Positions 1-12,890 of a stretch of DNA of 54,925 nt are shown piece after piece. The stretch's first letter is position 1, and every line of letters begins with the position of its first letter. The translations under genes were made by a program, and so were the position numbers. The DNA is taken from positions 7,095,623-7,150,547 of the forward strand of contig NC_068984.1 of the NCBI RefSeq assembly GCF_001194135.2, in the 5' to 3' direction. Source of the stretch: Octopus bimaculoides (lineage: Eukaryota). Below the pieces are notes generated by a model, which was not told the DNA's origin, ran no database searches, and was given only the letters and a program-made list of their open reading frames with translations.

Positions 1-306
1 ACGTACATACATATATATGTATATAAATACACACGCACATACACACACATATATATATGTATGCCACTGACCATTGAAAACATTGAAATGACTGACATTA
101 ATCTTAGAGTCATGTAACCCAAAGATTTCAATGTAAAGTCAGAAGATAATGAAACAATTAAATAATGTAATGTAAATATAACGATTTTCCAACATCTCCT
201 CTTGGATTCTAAAACATGATTCCAATGAATCAACCAAAGATCGCAGTTTTCATTATAAGAACATCGAGAAACAATGATGATGATGGTGATGATGATGATG
301 ATAATG

Positions 307-363
<57 letters not shown>

Positions 364-500
364 GCAACATTGTTTATAGTGCAGAGCAAATAGCACCGAT
401 GTGACACAAAAACACATAGCTATTCATACATACATTCATACATGCATCCATACACATACACACATTTGTATGCGTAGATATATACTTATGCATACATACA

Positions 501-547
<47 letters not shown>

Positions 548-584
548 ACCTCATGTGGATCGTTGGCGATTTTCTTCTTCCTTC

Positions 585-821
585 TCTTATTTCTTTACTG
601 CCCACAAAGGGCTAAACACAGAGGAGACAAACAAGGACAGACAAACGGATTAAGTGGATTATATCGACCCCAGTGCGTAACTGGTACTTATTTAATCCAC
701 CCCGAAAGGATGAAAGGCAAAGTCGACCTCGGCGGAATTTGAACTCAGAACGTAACGGCAGACGAAATACCGCTAAGCATTTCGCCCGGCGTGCTAACGT
801 TTCTGCCAGCTCCGCCGCCTT
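585..821 (-). mobile_element. tRNA-derived SINE family A (monomer)
   Basis: Minus strand: A-box-like GGCGGAGCTGGCAGAAACGTTAGC, B-box GAGTTCAAATTCC, body with GTCGAC, 3' tail. Many copies in the window. Confidence 0.9.
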
Positions 822-824
822 CCT

Positions 825-1900
825 CCTTTTCCATTGGACTTTCCTCTGTTTCCGAAGAAGAGCTCTGCAACACAATGTCTTTTTCCTCAACAGGTCCTGC
901 TCTATTTAACATTGTTCCGAAACAGATCAAGTTAAAAGTTTGGATACGGTGATCCCACACAACGAGGGATTTCTTGCGCTTAAACACTTCCTTGACTTTC
1001 AGCCTGACTCTCATCCCCACATCTGTGCACTTCATCGTCTGGCCAGACTTGTCCTCTCCCTCAACTGCTTCTCGTTCGCGGTGGAGTTATACTAACAGGT
1101 CTCGGGAGTAGTTATGGGCCCCAACTATGCGAACCTGTTCGTTGGCCATGTTGAGGCACAAATATTCTCACAATTCGTTGATCCCAGTCCTCAACTATAC
1201 GGTCGTTATATCGTTGACTGTATCGATGCAACCTCACTGTCCCGCGATCAACTGGACACCTTTCTCTTTTTTGTTCAATCCTTCCATTCTGCCCTCCAAT
1301 TCTCCTACACTGTCTCTAACTCTTCCGTCGAATTTCTCGACATTTCTGTCACCACACACTACTCCGCTCTCACTGCCTCCATCCACTACAAATACACTGA
1401 CTCACACTCCTACCTTAATTTTTCCTCCTATCCTACCCACACCATGCTCTCTATCCCCTACTCCGAATTCATCCGTCTACGCAGGCTCAGCAGTGACCAC
1501 CATGACTTTGAGACAGTCTCAACTCATAACTTGTGTGACATTCTGGCCCACAGACTCTTTCCTACCCCGCCTCCCCGCATGGCTCCTTCCCCTACTTCTT
1601 CCCACGCTGGCGCACCGGCCCTACCTCTCCAACACCACCATCGTCACAGGCACTCATCACCATCCCCATCACGTCACCGACTCTTTCACCAACACTTCTA
1701 GTAATGTTATTTACTGCATCTCCTGCTTTCTCTCTGTCCTTCCCTGTACATTGGTCAAATGGGACGCAACTTGGCTGACCGGTTCGCAGAACACCTCCGA
1801 GACATCAGATTCGGCAATGATATCCCCGTCTCACACCACATCCGTTCTGCCGGTCATTGACCCGACAGTATTACTGTACCAATTTTGTCCTTTTATACAT
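825..1900 (+). mobile_element. Penelope-like retroelement remnant (RT + GIY-YIG endonuclease), decayed
   Basis: Frameshifted translation gives PLE RT motifs: VKSLDTVIPHNEGFLALKHFL (~930-990), LVLSLNCFSF, MGPNYANLFVGHVE (1114), RYIVDC (1207-1218; YIDD with GAT>GTT), EFLDISV, HYKYTDSHSYLNF, SIPYSEFIRLRRL. The C-terminus is GIY-YIG-like: NVIYCISC (1703) then, after a frameshift, LCPSLYIGQMGRNLADRFAEHLRDIR (YIG at 1747-1755). Truncated at the 3' side by a SINE. Confidence 0.92.
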
Positions 1901-1904
1901 AGAT

Positions 1905-2006
1905 TGCGCGGCAACTTGGGCAAGTGTCTTCTACAATAACCTCGGGTCGACGAAAGCTTTGTGAGTGGATTTGGTAGAGGGAAACTGAAAGAAGCCCGTC
2001 GTATAT
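1905..2006 (+). mobile_element. SINE family B, 5' part (runs into microsatellite and gap)
   Basis: CTTGGGCAAGTGTCTTCT...GTGAGTGGATTTGGTAGAGGGAAACTGAAAGAAGCCCGTCG. Confidence 0.8.
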
Positions 2007-2155
2007 NNNNNNNNNNNNNNNNNNNNNNNNNNNNNNNNNNNNNNNNNNNNNNNNNNNNNNNNNNNNNNNNNNNNNNNNNNNNNNNNNNNNNNNNNNNNNN
2101 NNNNNNNNNNNNNNNNNNNNNNNNNNNNNNNNNNNNNNNNNNNNNNNNNTATATA

Positions 2156-2698
2156 TATGAGAAAGAAGAACGAAAATGCAACTTTTTAAAAATTAGGTAC
2201 ATTTAAATTTCTTTATGTAAATACATTAAAAAATATTTTTCTTTTATTTGTTCCGGTTGTTTATAAACCTTATCAAAAATATAAAAGAAATATGTAGAGA
2301 AAGAAGATAATTAATAAAATAAACGATCATAGTGTACTTTTCTTTTTCCTGTATGAGCACGTGGTAATTTCCATTAATTTTCGTTGCATTGCAAGTAGTA
2401 ATTTCAGCTGTTGTCCGTGAAGGTAAATTCAGTAGTGTGGTAAAAATTGTTTTCAAATGGAGTGGCCGTAGTAGTCGACTTACCACTTGCTCTTACAAGA
2501 AAAAGAAAAGTACACTATGAATGTTTATTTTATTAATAATCATTTTTTCTCTATACATTTCATTTAAGTACATATGTTTGATAAGGTTTATAAATAACCG
2601 AAACATGTAAAACAAAAACATTTTAAAATTTATTTATATAAAGAAATTTAAATGTAACTAATTGTTAAAAAGTAGCATTGTCGTTCTCGTTTTTCATA
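2156..2698. repeat. Long fold-back inverted repeat (~210 bp arms, 112 bp spacer)
   Basis: 2156-2367 is the reverse complement of 2480-2698, with scattered mismatches and indels. Confidence 0.9.
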
Positions 2699-3831
2699 AA
2701 TATCTGCTTACTCATGTGTTACCTCTACATTTTTAAATATATATATATATAGTGAGAGGGAGAGTGAGAGAGAGATAAATAGATAATTGGATACACACAA
2801 ACATATATATATATATATTTATATATATACATATATACATACATACATATATACACACCCACCCACACACATATATATATTTGAATGTGTGTGTGTGTAC
2901 TCGCTATGTGTGTATGCATGTATGTGCTTTTATGTGAGAGAGAATTACATAGTTACTTTGCTATAATAGAAACTATTTTAAACACTTTTTTACCATTTGT
3001 CGAATGTGAAGAGGCACCAAACACAAACGAATGTGTTGCCCATCTGACCTGGTCTTTAAATAATCATTTTTACTCATTATTCCACACATAGTTATCGAAT
3101 TAGATTTAGTTGGAATGTATGAAAATATATTGAAAGTAAAAAAACTACGGTCGATTACTCTATTTGTATCATCAACTTCTTAAAAATTACACAGAAAAGT
3201 AAAGAAATTTCCATTTATCGGAGTAACACAGTTTTATTCCGTCAAGTCTTTTTTAATAAGAAAACTTATTTACATGCAGTAATATAACCATATTGAATAA
3301 TATAACTTAGTTGTTTTATAATAATATATTGAATTCTCTTACTGCTTTAAGGTTTCTTATTAAATCAACGAAGTCTCTATACTGATAATAAAGTTTATAC
3401 CATGCTGCAAATGGAAACGAAAGCTAAAATAGGAAAAGAATAAGATTTAGAAAGTGAAGCTGAATTAGGATGGGAAGGATATTTCCATTTAAGAAGCATA
3501 AATAATATTTCTTATTAAATTTCTCTCTCACTAAATATTAATTCTGTTTCCATTTCAAGACCTTTGACCTGTTATTTTAACAGAGAATGTCTAATAGTTT
3601 TAACTCGCAACTCCATTCGATACTTAGTGCTCTGACTTCTACTGCTTAATTTCATCAATTATCTCCCCTGTTTTCTGCACCAGTGACATACACATCAATT
3701 TTCCTCTTCTCTTTGCAATCGTTATCTTTTGTTTTTCTTCTACTTCTTCTTTATATATTATATTACTCACTTTCTGCATCTCAAATTATCGAAGCACAGA
3801 CACTACGTCTCTCTCTCTCCCTGTCTATCTG

Positions 3832-3902
<71 letters not shown>

Positions 3903-4209
3903 CCATCTATCTCTATCTATCCTTCACTCCATGTCATGACTACCACCACCGTATCAACGAAATAGCGTTAGAGACGTTTATAACTAACCTCTTAGTATTG
4001 TCTACACTAACAACTCAAGTTTGGCTTCCACCTCCTTTGTGATCCCCTTCGATCTCTCTATACATTTCTTCCAACCTCTCTCTCTCTCCCTCCCTCTCTC
4101 TGCACTCATACACCCCTCGCACTCTCACCCATAGTCTCATTTATACTCATACACGTAGCACGCATTATATATATACATACATACACACACAATCGAATAT
4201 ATAAGCGTG

Positions 4210-4442
4210 TATTCTTTTATTCTTTTATTTGTTTCAGTCGTTTTGACTGCGACCATGCTGGAGCACCGTCTTTAGTCGAACAAATCACCATAGGACTTTC
4301 TAAGCCTAGTACTTATTGTATCGGTCTCTTATACTGAACCTCTAAGTTACGGGGTCGTAGACACCAGCATCGGTTGCCAAGCGATGGTGGCGGGACAAAC
4401 ACACATACACAAACATATACACACAAGCATATACATATAAAT

Positions 4443-4488
<46 letters not shown>

Positions 4489-4655
4489 GTATACGACAGG
4501 CTTCTTTCAGTTTCCGTCTACCAAATCCACTCACAAGTCTTTGGTTTCCCCGAGGCTATAGTAGAAGGCACTTGCCCAAGTTGCCACGCAGTTAGACTGA
4601 ACCTGGAACCATGTGGTTAGTAAGCAAGCTACTTACTACACAGCCACTTCTGCGC
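4210..4655 (-). mobile_element. SINE family B, full length, with internal microsatellite
   Basis: tRNA-like head, CORE-like CTTGGGCAAGT block, internal (CA)n/(TA)n at ~4400-4492, and 3' tail with the CAGTC-loop-GACTG hairpin. Confidence 0.88.
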
Positions 4656-4793
4656 TTATGTAGGTTCATATATCTCTATATATATCTCGCTCTCATTCTT
4701 CCTCTCTCTCTCACTTTATATACATGTGTGTGTGTGCGCACATGTACGTGTATGTATGTGCCTATGTGAGAGTGCATACACACACACGCACAC

Positions 4794-4854
<61 letters not shown>

Positions 4855-5090
4855 GGTAAAACACGTACATGTGGGTGTCTGAGTGAGAGTCTGTGTGTGT
4901 GTGTATAATATACGTACATGTATGTGTGTATATGTATGTATATTCAACAAATCTCCCCATCAATCGCACCCAATAATTCATTTCTTTAAATGTCATTTTA
5001 TACAATTATTCCATTTAACCGCCTCTTTCACGTTTATTTCACGTCCTAACACACACCCATCCCATTTACTTAAAGAACCAACGAATTTAC

Positions 5091-5168
<78 letters not shown>

Positions 5169-6129
5169 GTATGTACGTATGTATGCAGGCATGTATGTGT
5201 GTATGTATCTGTGTATATGTATGTATATTAGTATGTATGTATATATGTATGTATGTATGTATGTATACGTATTCAAACACACATATACAGTCCTATTCAT
5301 TATCTGGCTTCAACACGTTTTGGTCAGAAGTCCTTTCTATCAACCTAACGTTTAAACTTTTATTCTTTCTTAAATTCGATTTCAGATCCCAAAATGGTCT
5401 CCGTACGTCTGGACGTCGAAGTGAAATGTTTCTTTCAATGAAATTCCTCTAACAGATATGACAAATGCTTGCCAATTCTTCTACGTTGTTATCAGACTGT
5501 TGTCAATGGAAGAAACCTTCACGACGCCAATGCAGCCAAATTTAAGTCGATAAAAGTTATTTCAGTCTCCTCTAAACTTCTTCAAACCCAATATAATAAT
5601 TATTGATTAATAAACTTATTTCATAACACGTAAAACTTAACTCCATTTTTTTTTTCGTTTCTTTACAATGCAGCTACACTTTTATTGTCTTTTAGTATCG
5701 TTCTTTCTCTTTGATTTTAATGTGTAAATTTCTTAAATTTACAGCCGCTGTAAAAATCATGGTCGTATCACGGTTAATAACTCGGACGAAATTGAATTTA
5801 ACTTTTGAAAATAACTGATGTTTTAATCCGGGTTTATAGATTAAAGAATGGGCAGATGATGGACAAAAGGTCCTGCAAGTATTCAATTATGTGTAAATAG
5901 CCTTGTAGATATATAATTATGTTACTTTATACTCTGGGTTCAACTCCCACATGAGTTGACTTTGCTTTCCATCGTAACATCATAAAATCAAGAAAACTTT
6001 TTAAAAGTAAGTAGACAGGCTGTATTATCCGAAATGTAAGATATTATGCCTCAATAAACCTTACCATATTTGAAGACTAGAAAAAGACTCAACAAGAAAC
6101 ATTTTTTAGTCACGACAGAAACAAAACAA

Positions 6130-6709
6130 TATTTAAGTAGGATTAGGTAATCTGTCTGTAAGTTCTCGAAGTGGACTAAGCACCAAATATGTACGAAGGA
6201 GAAAAAGTCCAGATACAGCTGAAGAAGTTAGAGATAGCTCTCGCATTTTGGATGATCTTACAGGATGTGTGTTGCTAGTTTGGAGGGAAGAGTAATTTTT
6301 TTCAAGTGTTTTTAAATCATTTCCGTGCCCCAAAATATGTAGAGCAGCTATGAATAAATCGTTTTGGTGGTTGGAGGATATGTGGGTTGATTGAATGTGA
6401 GATGTGGAGGAAGATTCCTGAAAAGAATTGTCTCAGCTATCAGCGAGATGTCTCTGGTGAACAGTCGAAGAACATTTTGTACCTGCAGGAATAGTCATCA
6501 TACAATTGATCAAGCACGGATCAGTTAAACCGACTTGAAGTGCCATGGGATGTGAATGAACCAGGGTATTGTGTAATAAGAGGATATATGGTAAGTAGTA
6601 GGAATAAAACAGGGGTTAGACAACCCGATAAATGCAGAAACAATCATTTAATTTATATATATATATATATATATATNNNNNNNNNNNNNNNNNNNNNNNN
6701 NNNNNNNNN

Positions 6710-6745
<36 letters not shown>

Positions 6746-7305
6746 CTGGATTGTTTAGGCGTGAGAAAGGGATCCGAGTGTTTAGAATGTGTGTGGGTGT
6801 TGGTCAGAGGTAGATGTAAGGTATGGAATTAATTGATTAATATTGTTGAAATATTCAGTTTTTGCTTCATTATTATCAATACAAGATCAATATGAGAGCC
6901 AAGAAAAGTTGTGAGTATTGATTGAGCATCACTGAGGATGAGAGCTTCAGCAAGAGATGACGTAAGACAGATGTCCTTGATGTAGGAAGACATAGGGTTG
7001 GTTGTGGACGAAAGAGTCTGGAGAGAGGTAGAAGAAGCAGGACTAATTAGAGGAATGCGAGGGTGAGAATTTGAGGGAGAATAACTGGGAGATTCATGTG
7101 GTTGATATCCAGATAAGAGAGGTGAGTGGAATCTATATACACCCATACATCTCTTTTTTAGAAATGGATTTTGATGATTGTGTCGCAACTGCACAACTAA
7201 GACGGTCTCTAGGCTAGAGAAGAAAGATTTGTGCGCCGGAAAAGGATATAATAGAGTCTAAATGACTGGGTGGAAGTTCATGGGTATTAGAGAAAGGAAG
7301 GAAAA
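6130..7305 (-). mobile_element. Highly degraded Penelope-like element (tentative)
   Basis: Minus strand is C/T-rich like the PLE at 825-1900. It yields scattered PLE-like motifs in the expected order: NFHPVI, DSTHLSYLD, NSHP, FLHQGHLS, HLAD. Interrupted by a microsatellite and an N gap at ~6650-6745. Many stops and frameshifts. Confidence 0.4.
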
Positions 7306-7314
7306 ATTATCTAT

Positions 7315-7700
7315 AGGCGCAGGATTGGCTGTGTGGTAAGTAGCTTGCTTACCAGCCATATGATTCCGGGTTCAGTCCCACAGCGTGGCACCTTAGGTAA
7401 GTGTCTTTTACTACAGCCTAAGGTCGACCAAAGCTTTGTGAGAAGATTTGCTTGACAGAAACTGAAAGCCCGTCATATATATGTGAGCGTGTGTGTGTTT
7501 GTGTGTCTGTGCTCGTCCCTCCACCATCACTTGACAACCGATATTAGTGTGTTTACGTCCTCGTAACTCACAGATTCGGCAAAAGAGACGATAGAGTAAG
7601 TACTGGGCTTAAAGTCCAGGGATCGATTTGTTTGACCAAAGGCGGTGCTCCAGCATGACCGCAGTCAAATGACTGAAACAAAAAAAATAATAAAAGAATA
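7315..7700 (+). mobile_element. SINE family B, full length
   Basis: AGGCGCAGGATTGGCTGTGTGG...GGGTTCAGTCCC...short internal (TA)/(TG)...GCAGTCAAATGACTGAAACA and an A-rich tail. Confidence 0.88.
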
Positions 7701-8754
7701 TCATGTGCAGAATTATTGGTTGATAATTAAAAAAAACTGTAGAGGGCGTCAGTGTAGCGACACATGTCACTAATGATAATTCAAAATTAAGGCGAACATG
7801 CTCCAAATGCTTGCAAGAGAATGGGAACCACTGAAGACGCTCATGGCCTAAGAAGTTACTTTATTTTGGAGTAATTAATACAGCTGCTCATACACATGAA
7901 AATCATGCTTGAAATAGCAGTCAAAGCACATTAAATGTTCATACAGCACCTGGAGAGGAGAAGAAGAGACAAAATAAACTAGCAAAAATTACTGGATAAT
8001 TCCAGTTCCCGTATTTCTGGCTCTGCATAAGAAATGCTCTGTCTTTATCAGTGGAATATACACAGGAAAGCACATAAATACAAATACATATATATATATA
8101 TATACAGCATACGAATACTTACATATACGAACGTATACATACATATATATATATATATANNNNNNNNNNNNNNNNNNNNNNNNNNNNNNNNNNNNNNNNN
8201 NNNNNNNNNNNNNNNNNNNNNNNNNNNNNNNNNNNNNNNNNNNNNNNNNNNNNNNNNNNNNNNNNNNNNNNNNNNNNNNNNNNNNNNNNNNNNNNNNNNN
8301 NNNNNNNNNNNNNNNNNNNNNNNNNNNNNNNNNNNNNNNNNNNNNNNNNNNNNNNNNNNNNNNNNNNNNNNNNNNNNNNNNNNNNNNNNNNNNNNNNNNN
8401 NNNNNNNNNNNNNNNNNNNNNNNNNNNNNNNNNNNNNNNNNNNNNNNNNNNNNNNNNNNNNNNNNNNNNNNNNNNNNNNNNNNNNNNNNNNNNNNNNNNN
8501 NNNNNNNNNNNNNNNNNNNNNNNNNNNNNNNNNNNNNNNNNNNNNNNNNNNNNNNNNNNNNNNNNNNNNNNNNNNNNNNNNNNNNNNNNNNNNNNNNNNN
8601 NNNNNNNNNNNNNNNNNNNNNNNNNNNNNNNNNNNNNNNNNNNNNNNNNNNNNNNNNNNNNNNNNNNNNNNNNNNNNNNNNNNNNNNNNNNNNNNNNNNN
8701 NNNNNNNNNNNNNNNNNNNNNNNNNNNNNNNNNNNNNNNNTATATATGTTCATG

Positions 8755-8878
8755 TATATGTATGTCTTTGTATCTGGGTCTATCCGCCGTTATCGCTTGA
8801 CCGTGTTGATTTGTTTACGTGCCCGTAACCTAGTGGTGCGACAATAAGAGAACAATAGAGTAAGTACCAAGCTAAAAC

Positions 8879-8952
<74 letters not shown>

Positions 8953-9040
8953 GTTCTGGAATCGATTCTTCCAGCTAAAAGAATTTTTCAAGCCGGTGCC
9001 CCAGCATGGCCGCAGTCAAATGACTGAAACAAGGCAAAAG
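8755..9040 (+). mobile_element. SINE family B 3' half with an internal (AAT)n expansion
   Basis: Family B sequence lies on both sides of (AAT)~25 at 8879-8952. Confidence 0.75.
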
Positions 9041-9496
9041 ATTCCTGAAATCGGTGTAGTTTCGTGCTAGGCACAAAATCACCTTCATTTCGAATACAAT
9101 TCTAGAGTTGCCTATCATGGCTTTAACAAAGCAATTTAGAGAATCACTTTGAGAAAATCTTCACGTAAAAACGTTATTTCTTTTTACTTTTCATCGCGTT
9201 TAGAAGACTGGAAACCATTAACTTTCAACCGGTGACAAACTATAATATAACAACAATATTAACAACTCTATTCAAATTAAAGTGGATATTAACAAACTGC
9301 CATGAATACTAATTGATACTATGCTGGTCTCTTTGCTTCTTTCTTCCTTTTTGTATTCTTCTTTTGTTTTTTGGTTTTTTTTTTTTTTCGTGTTTTCTGC
9401 TATTTCTTTAGATTGAGTCTATATACTTGCTGACATTAACATTCAAATATAAATTCAATGGATTGCATTCCAAAGAGATGTAACAACGATGAGGAT

Positions 9497-9529
<33 letters not shown>

Positions 9530-9715
9530 AATAATAATAATAATAATAATGATGATGATGATAATTATAAAGATAATAATAATAATGATAATGATAATAA
9601 CAATAACAATAATAATGAATTATAATATCAATTGATAATGATTAATAATGATAATGGTAATAATGACGTGGAGAGGGAAGTAAAAATGAAGAATATAATG
9701 ACGGTGATGCAGACT

Positions 9716-9755
<40 letters not shown>

Positions 9756-9761
9756 GGTTCT

Positions 9762-9810
<49 letters not shown>

Positions 9811-11233
9811 NNNNNNNNNNNNNNNNNNNNNNNNNNNNNNNNNNNNNNNNNNNNNNNNNNNNNNNNNNNNNNNNNNNNNNNNNNNNNNNNNNNNNNNNNN
9901 NNNNNNNNNNNNNNNNNNNNNNNNNNNNNNNNNNNNNNNNNNNNNNNNNNNNNNNNNNNNNNNNNNNNNNNNNNNNNNNNNNNNNNNNNNNNNNNNNNNN
10001 NNNNNNNNNNNNNNNNNNNNNNNNNNNNNNNNNNNNNNNNNNNNNNNNNNNNNNNNNNNNNNNNNNNNNNNNNNNNNNNNNNNNNNNNNNNNNNNNNNNN
10101 NNNNTTAACGATGATGATGATGATGATGTTGATGATGATGAAGATATGGATGATAATGTTCGTAATAGTGATAATAATAATGGTTCTAAGAAGAATAAGA
10201 ACATGAATAAGAATGATACGATTATAATAGTTATTATTATAATGACGAAGGCAATAACAGAATTAATAAATTATGGTTAAAACTGTTTCACTTGATTTCT
10301 TATTTCTCTATTTATTTATTTTTACCAATTGTCATTTATTTATTTATTTATTTGTTTGTTTTGCTAACAATCATTTTGCATTTCCATTAAGATAATTCTA
10401 TATTTTGATTTGCTTTGGATTGCAAAATTACTTCTCGTTGGTTCCATGACAAAATAAGAGTAAATCGCCTGTATTAGCGTTCATTGTAATTCCTTTTGGG
10501 AATTATGGCTGGAACCTAATTATGATCATTCCTTCACTCACTCTCTCTCCTAAACTACTCCAAGACTCTACCACTAATGCTATCAATTCACAGATCGATT
10601 CATCGCTTCTTTTATTGGTTCGTTTTCTATTTTCGATATTCTTGCCGTTGTTAATTTTTGCTTCTATTTTTTCCGTTCTTTTTATTTTATTTTTTTTTTG
10701 CAATTTTTATTTTACTTGTTTTAATGTTTATTTCTTTGAATGTTTATTTATTTTTCTCTTCCAAGATTTTCATTGGATGTCGACAAATTTCTTGATGAAC
10801 GCTAATAAACTAACCAATCCACCTGACAACTCTACTACATCTAAAGACACACACACACACACACACATATACAAATACACACACACGTACACACACATAC
10901 ACGCACAAGTACGACCGAAAGAAGCCATTTTGAAAATAAAAAGCAACAACAAATTTTCACGTTCAATGACGAAAACTCATTTCAATTTTCAACGAAAATT
11001 TGAATTATTAATTTGTTAGTATTATTTTTATTATGTTTTAATTTACTTCTTTTTATAAAGTTTGCAGGCTTTCTTTTTTTTTTTTTTCGTTTTCGTTTTT
11101 TTTTTAATCTTTTCCTTCATCTTTTAGATTTTTCACTTGTGATGATAAATGAGAAATTCAAAATTCAAAAACCGTGGAATCTTGTAACAATAATAAATTG
11201 ACTCCCAACCTCCAGCACTTGTAACATCTCACC

Positions 11234-11361
11234 CTTCTTCTTCTTCTTCTTCTTCTTCTTCTTCTTCTTCTTCTTCTTCTTCTTCTTCTTCTTCTTCTTC
11301 TTCTTCTTCTTCTTCTTCTTCTTCTTCTTCTTCTTCTTCTTCTTCTTCTTCTTCTTCTTCT
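11234..11361. repeat. Pure (TTC/GAA)n tract, about 42 units, continuing as a polypyrimidine stretch to ~11535
   Basis: Directly visible. Confidence 0.97.
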
Positions 11362-11896
11362 GTCTTTATTTCTTCTTCATCTCTTCTTTTTCTGCACACT
11401 TTCCTTTTCCTCATCATCTCCCTTCACATTCTACTTCTTCCTCCGCTTCCTTCTTCTCTGCTACTCCTCCACCTTTTCGTTCTCTTCCTTTTCTTCTTCA
11501 TTTCGACTTCTCGCTCCAATTTCTTTCTTCACATACCAATATCAGACAAACTTTTCCTTCAGTCACCCTTCATTCATATAAATTTTTCTTCCCCGCAAAT
11601 ACTTTTCAAATACAGAGACCCCCCCNNNNNNNNNNATCACGAAAACTCCGTCCATTATAATAATTTCGAAGTTAGTCATCTTTGATTTTTTGTCTTCATT
11701 CCATTCCGTATTGTAACAAAAACTTCACGACCCACAATTCCCCATTTTAAAGAAAATATTATCAGTTTTGACTTCACGATGTTCCTTTATATTAAAAAAG
11801 GACCCCGTTTTGCTTTTATTTCCTGGGTCTTAAAGAAGGGACAATACGCAGGTCATTTTTGAGTATTCCAAGATCACTAAGACTGATACGGTTTGC

Positions 11897-12159
11897 CAGT
11901 GGCGGACTGAGACTAAAAATATTGGTTGCCAGGAGACTAAGGGGCCCACCCACATCTACAACAGGGCCCACCCACAACTACAATCCTATCTTTTAACTTT
12001 TTTTTTTTGCTTCGGTTAAAAGTATTCTTTTCAACAGCCAACAAGCACAGCCAGGCTGAGATAATTAATGCATTCTTCTGGGCCCCCATATATGGATTCT
12101 AATGGTGCAGGGGCCCATTTGCCATCTGGAAAGCAGGCAATCTGGCCAGTCCACCACTG
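11897..12159. mobile_element. hAT-type MITE (263 bp)
   Basis: TIRs CAGTGGCGGACTG and CAGTCCACCACTG (12/13 match). 8-bp flanks CGGTTTGC (11889-96) and CTGTTTAC (12160-67) match 6/8, consistent with a decayed 8-bp TSD. Confidence 0.75.
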
Positions 12160-12509
12160 CTGTTTACATTAGAAGTCACTTCAGTAGGTGGAACGACATG
12201 GCCGGGGGCAGGGAGAGCGCCAATGGGATGTGTTTTAATGAGAAAATATTACTCGTAGTGACAAATGTAGTGACTAGGAAGGATATAAAGTAGGTGATGA
12301 AAGGAAGAAAGATAAGAAATATCTGAGTGGATACAGTGTATGACCAAACAGATCGAGGATCAGAGGCTATTATAGTAGCGGTATAAGAGGCAAAAGAAGG
12401 AGTCAGGTATTAGAGAGTGTCTGAGTGATTTTACGCGAATTTGTAGACTGGCATTTCTCTTGTTAAAAGAGAATAAGGATCATGTGTAATATAAGTTTCG
12501 TATTTTGAT

Positions 12510-12655
12510 ATGGGGCCAGTGATTTCGGAGGAGGGAGTTAGTCGATTACATCGACTCCAGTATTCAACTGGTATTTATTTTATCGACCCCGAAAGTCGAA
12601 CCCGGCGGCATTTGAAATCAGAACGAAAGGACGGACGAAATGCTGCTATGCATTT
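12510..12655 (-). mobile_element. SINE family A, partial
   Basis: Matches the body of 585-821 (GTCGATTACATCGAC...ATCGACCCCGAAAG...TTTGAAATCAGAAC). Confidence 0.8.
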
Positions 12656-12686
12656 TACTACTATTACTACTACTACTACTACTACG

Positions 12687-12770
<84 letters not shown>

Positions 12771-12819
12771 ACAACTACTTTTACTACTACTACTACTATT
12801 GATGATGATGATGATGATG

Positions 12820-12890
<71 letters not shown>

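Noticed and set aside
5280-5900. Several possible exons on both strands (for example IKEWADDGQK, DLLSIICPFFNL, TFCPSSAHSL...)
   Set aside because: Conflicting strands and phases, frequent stops, and no recognisable family.
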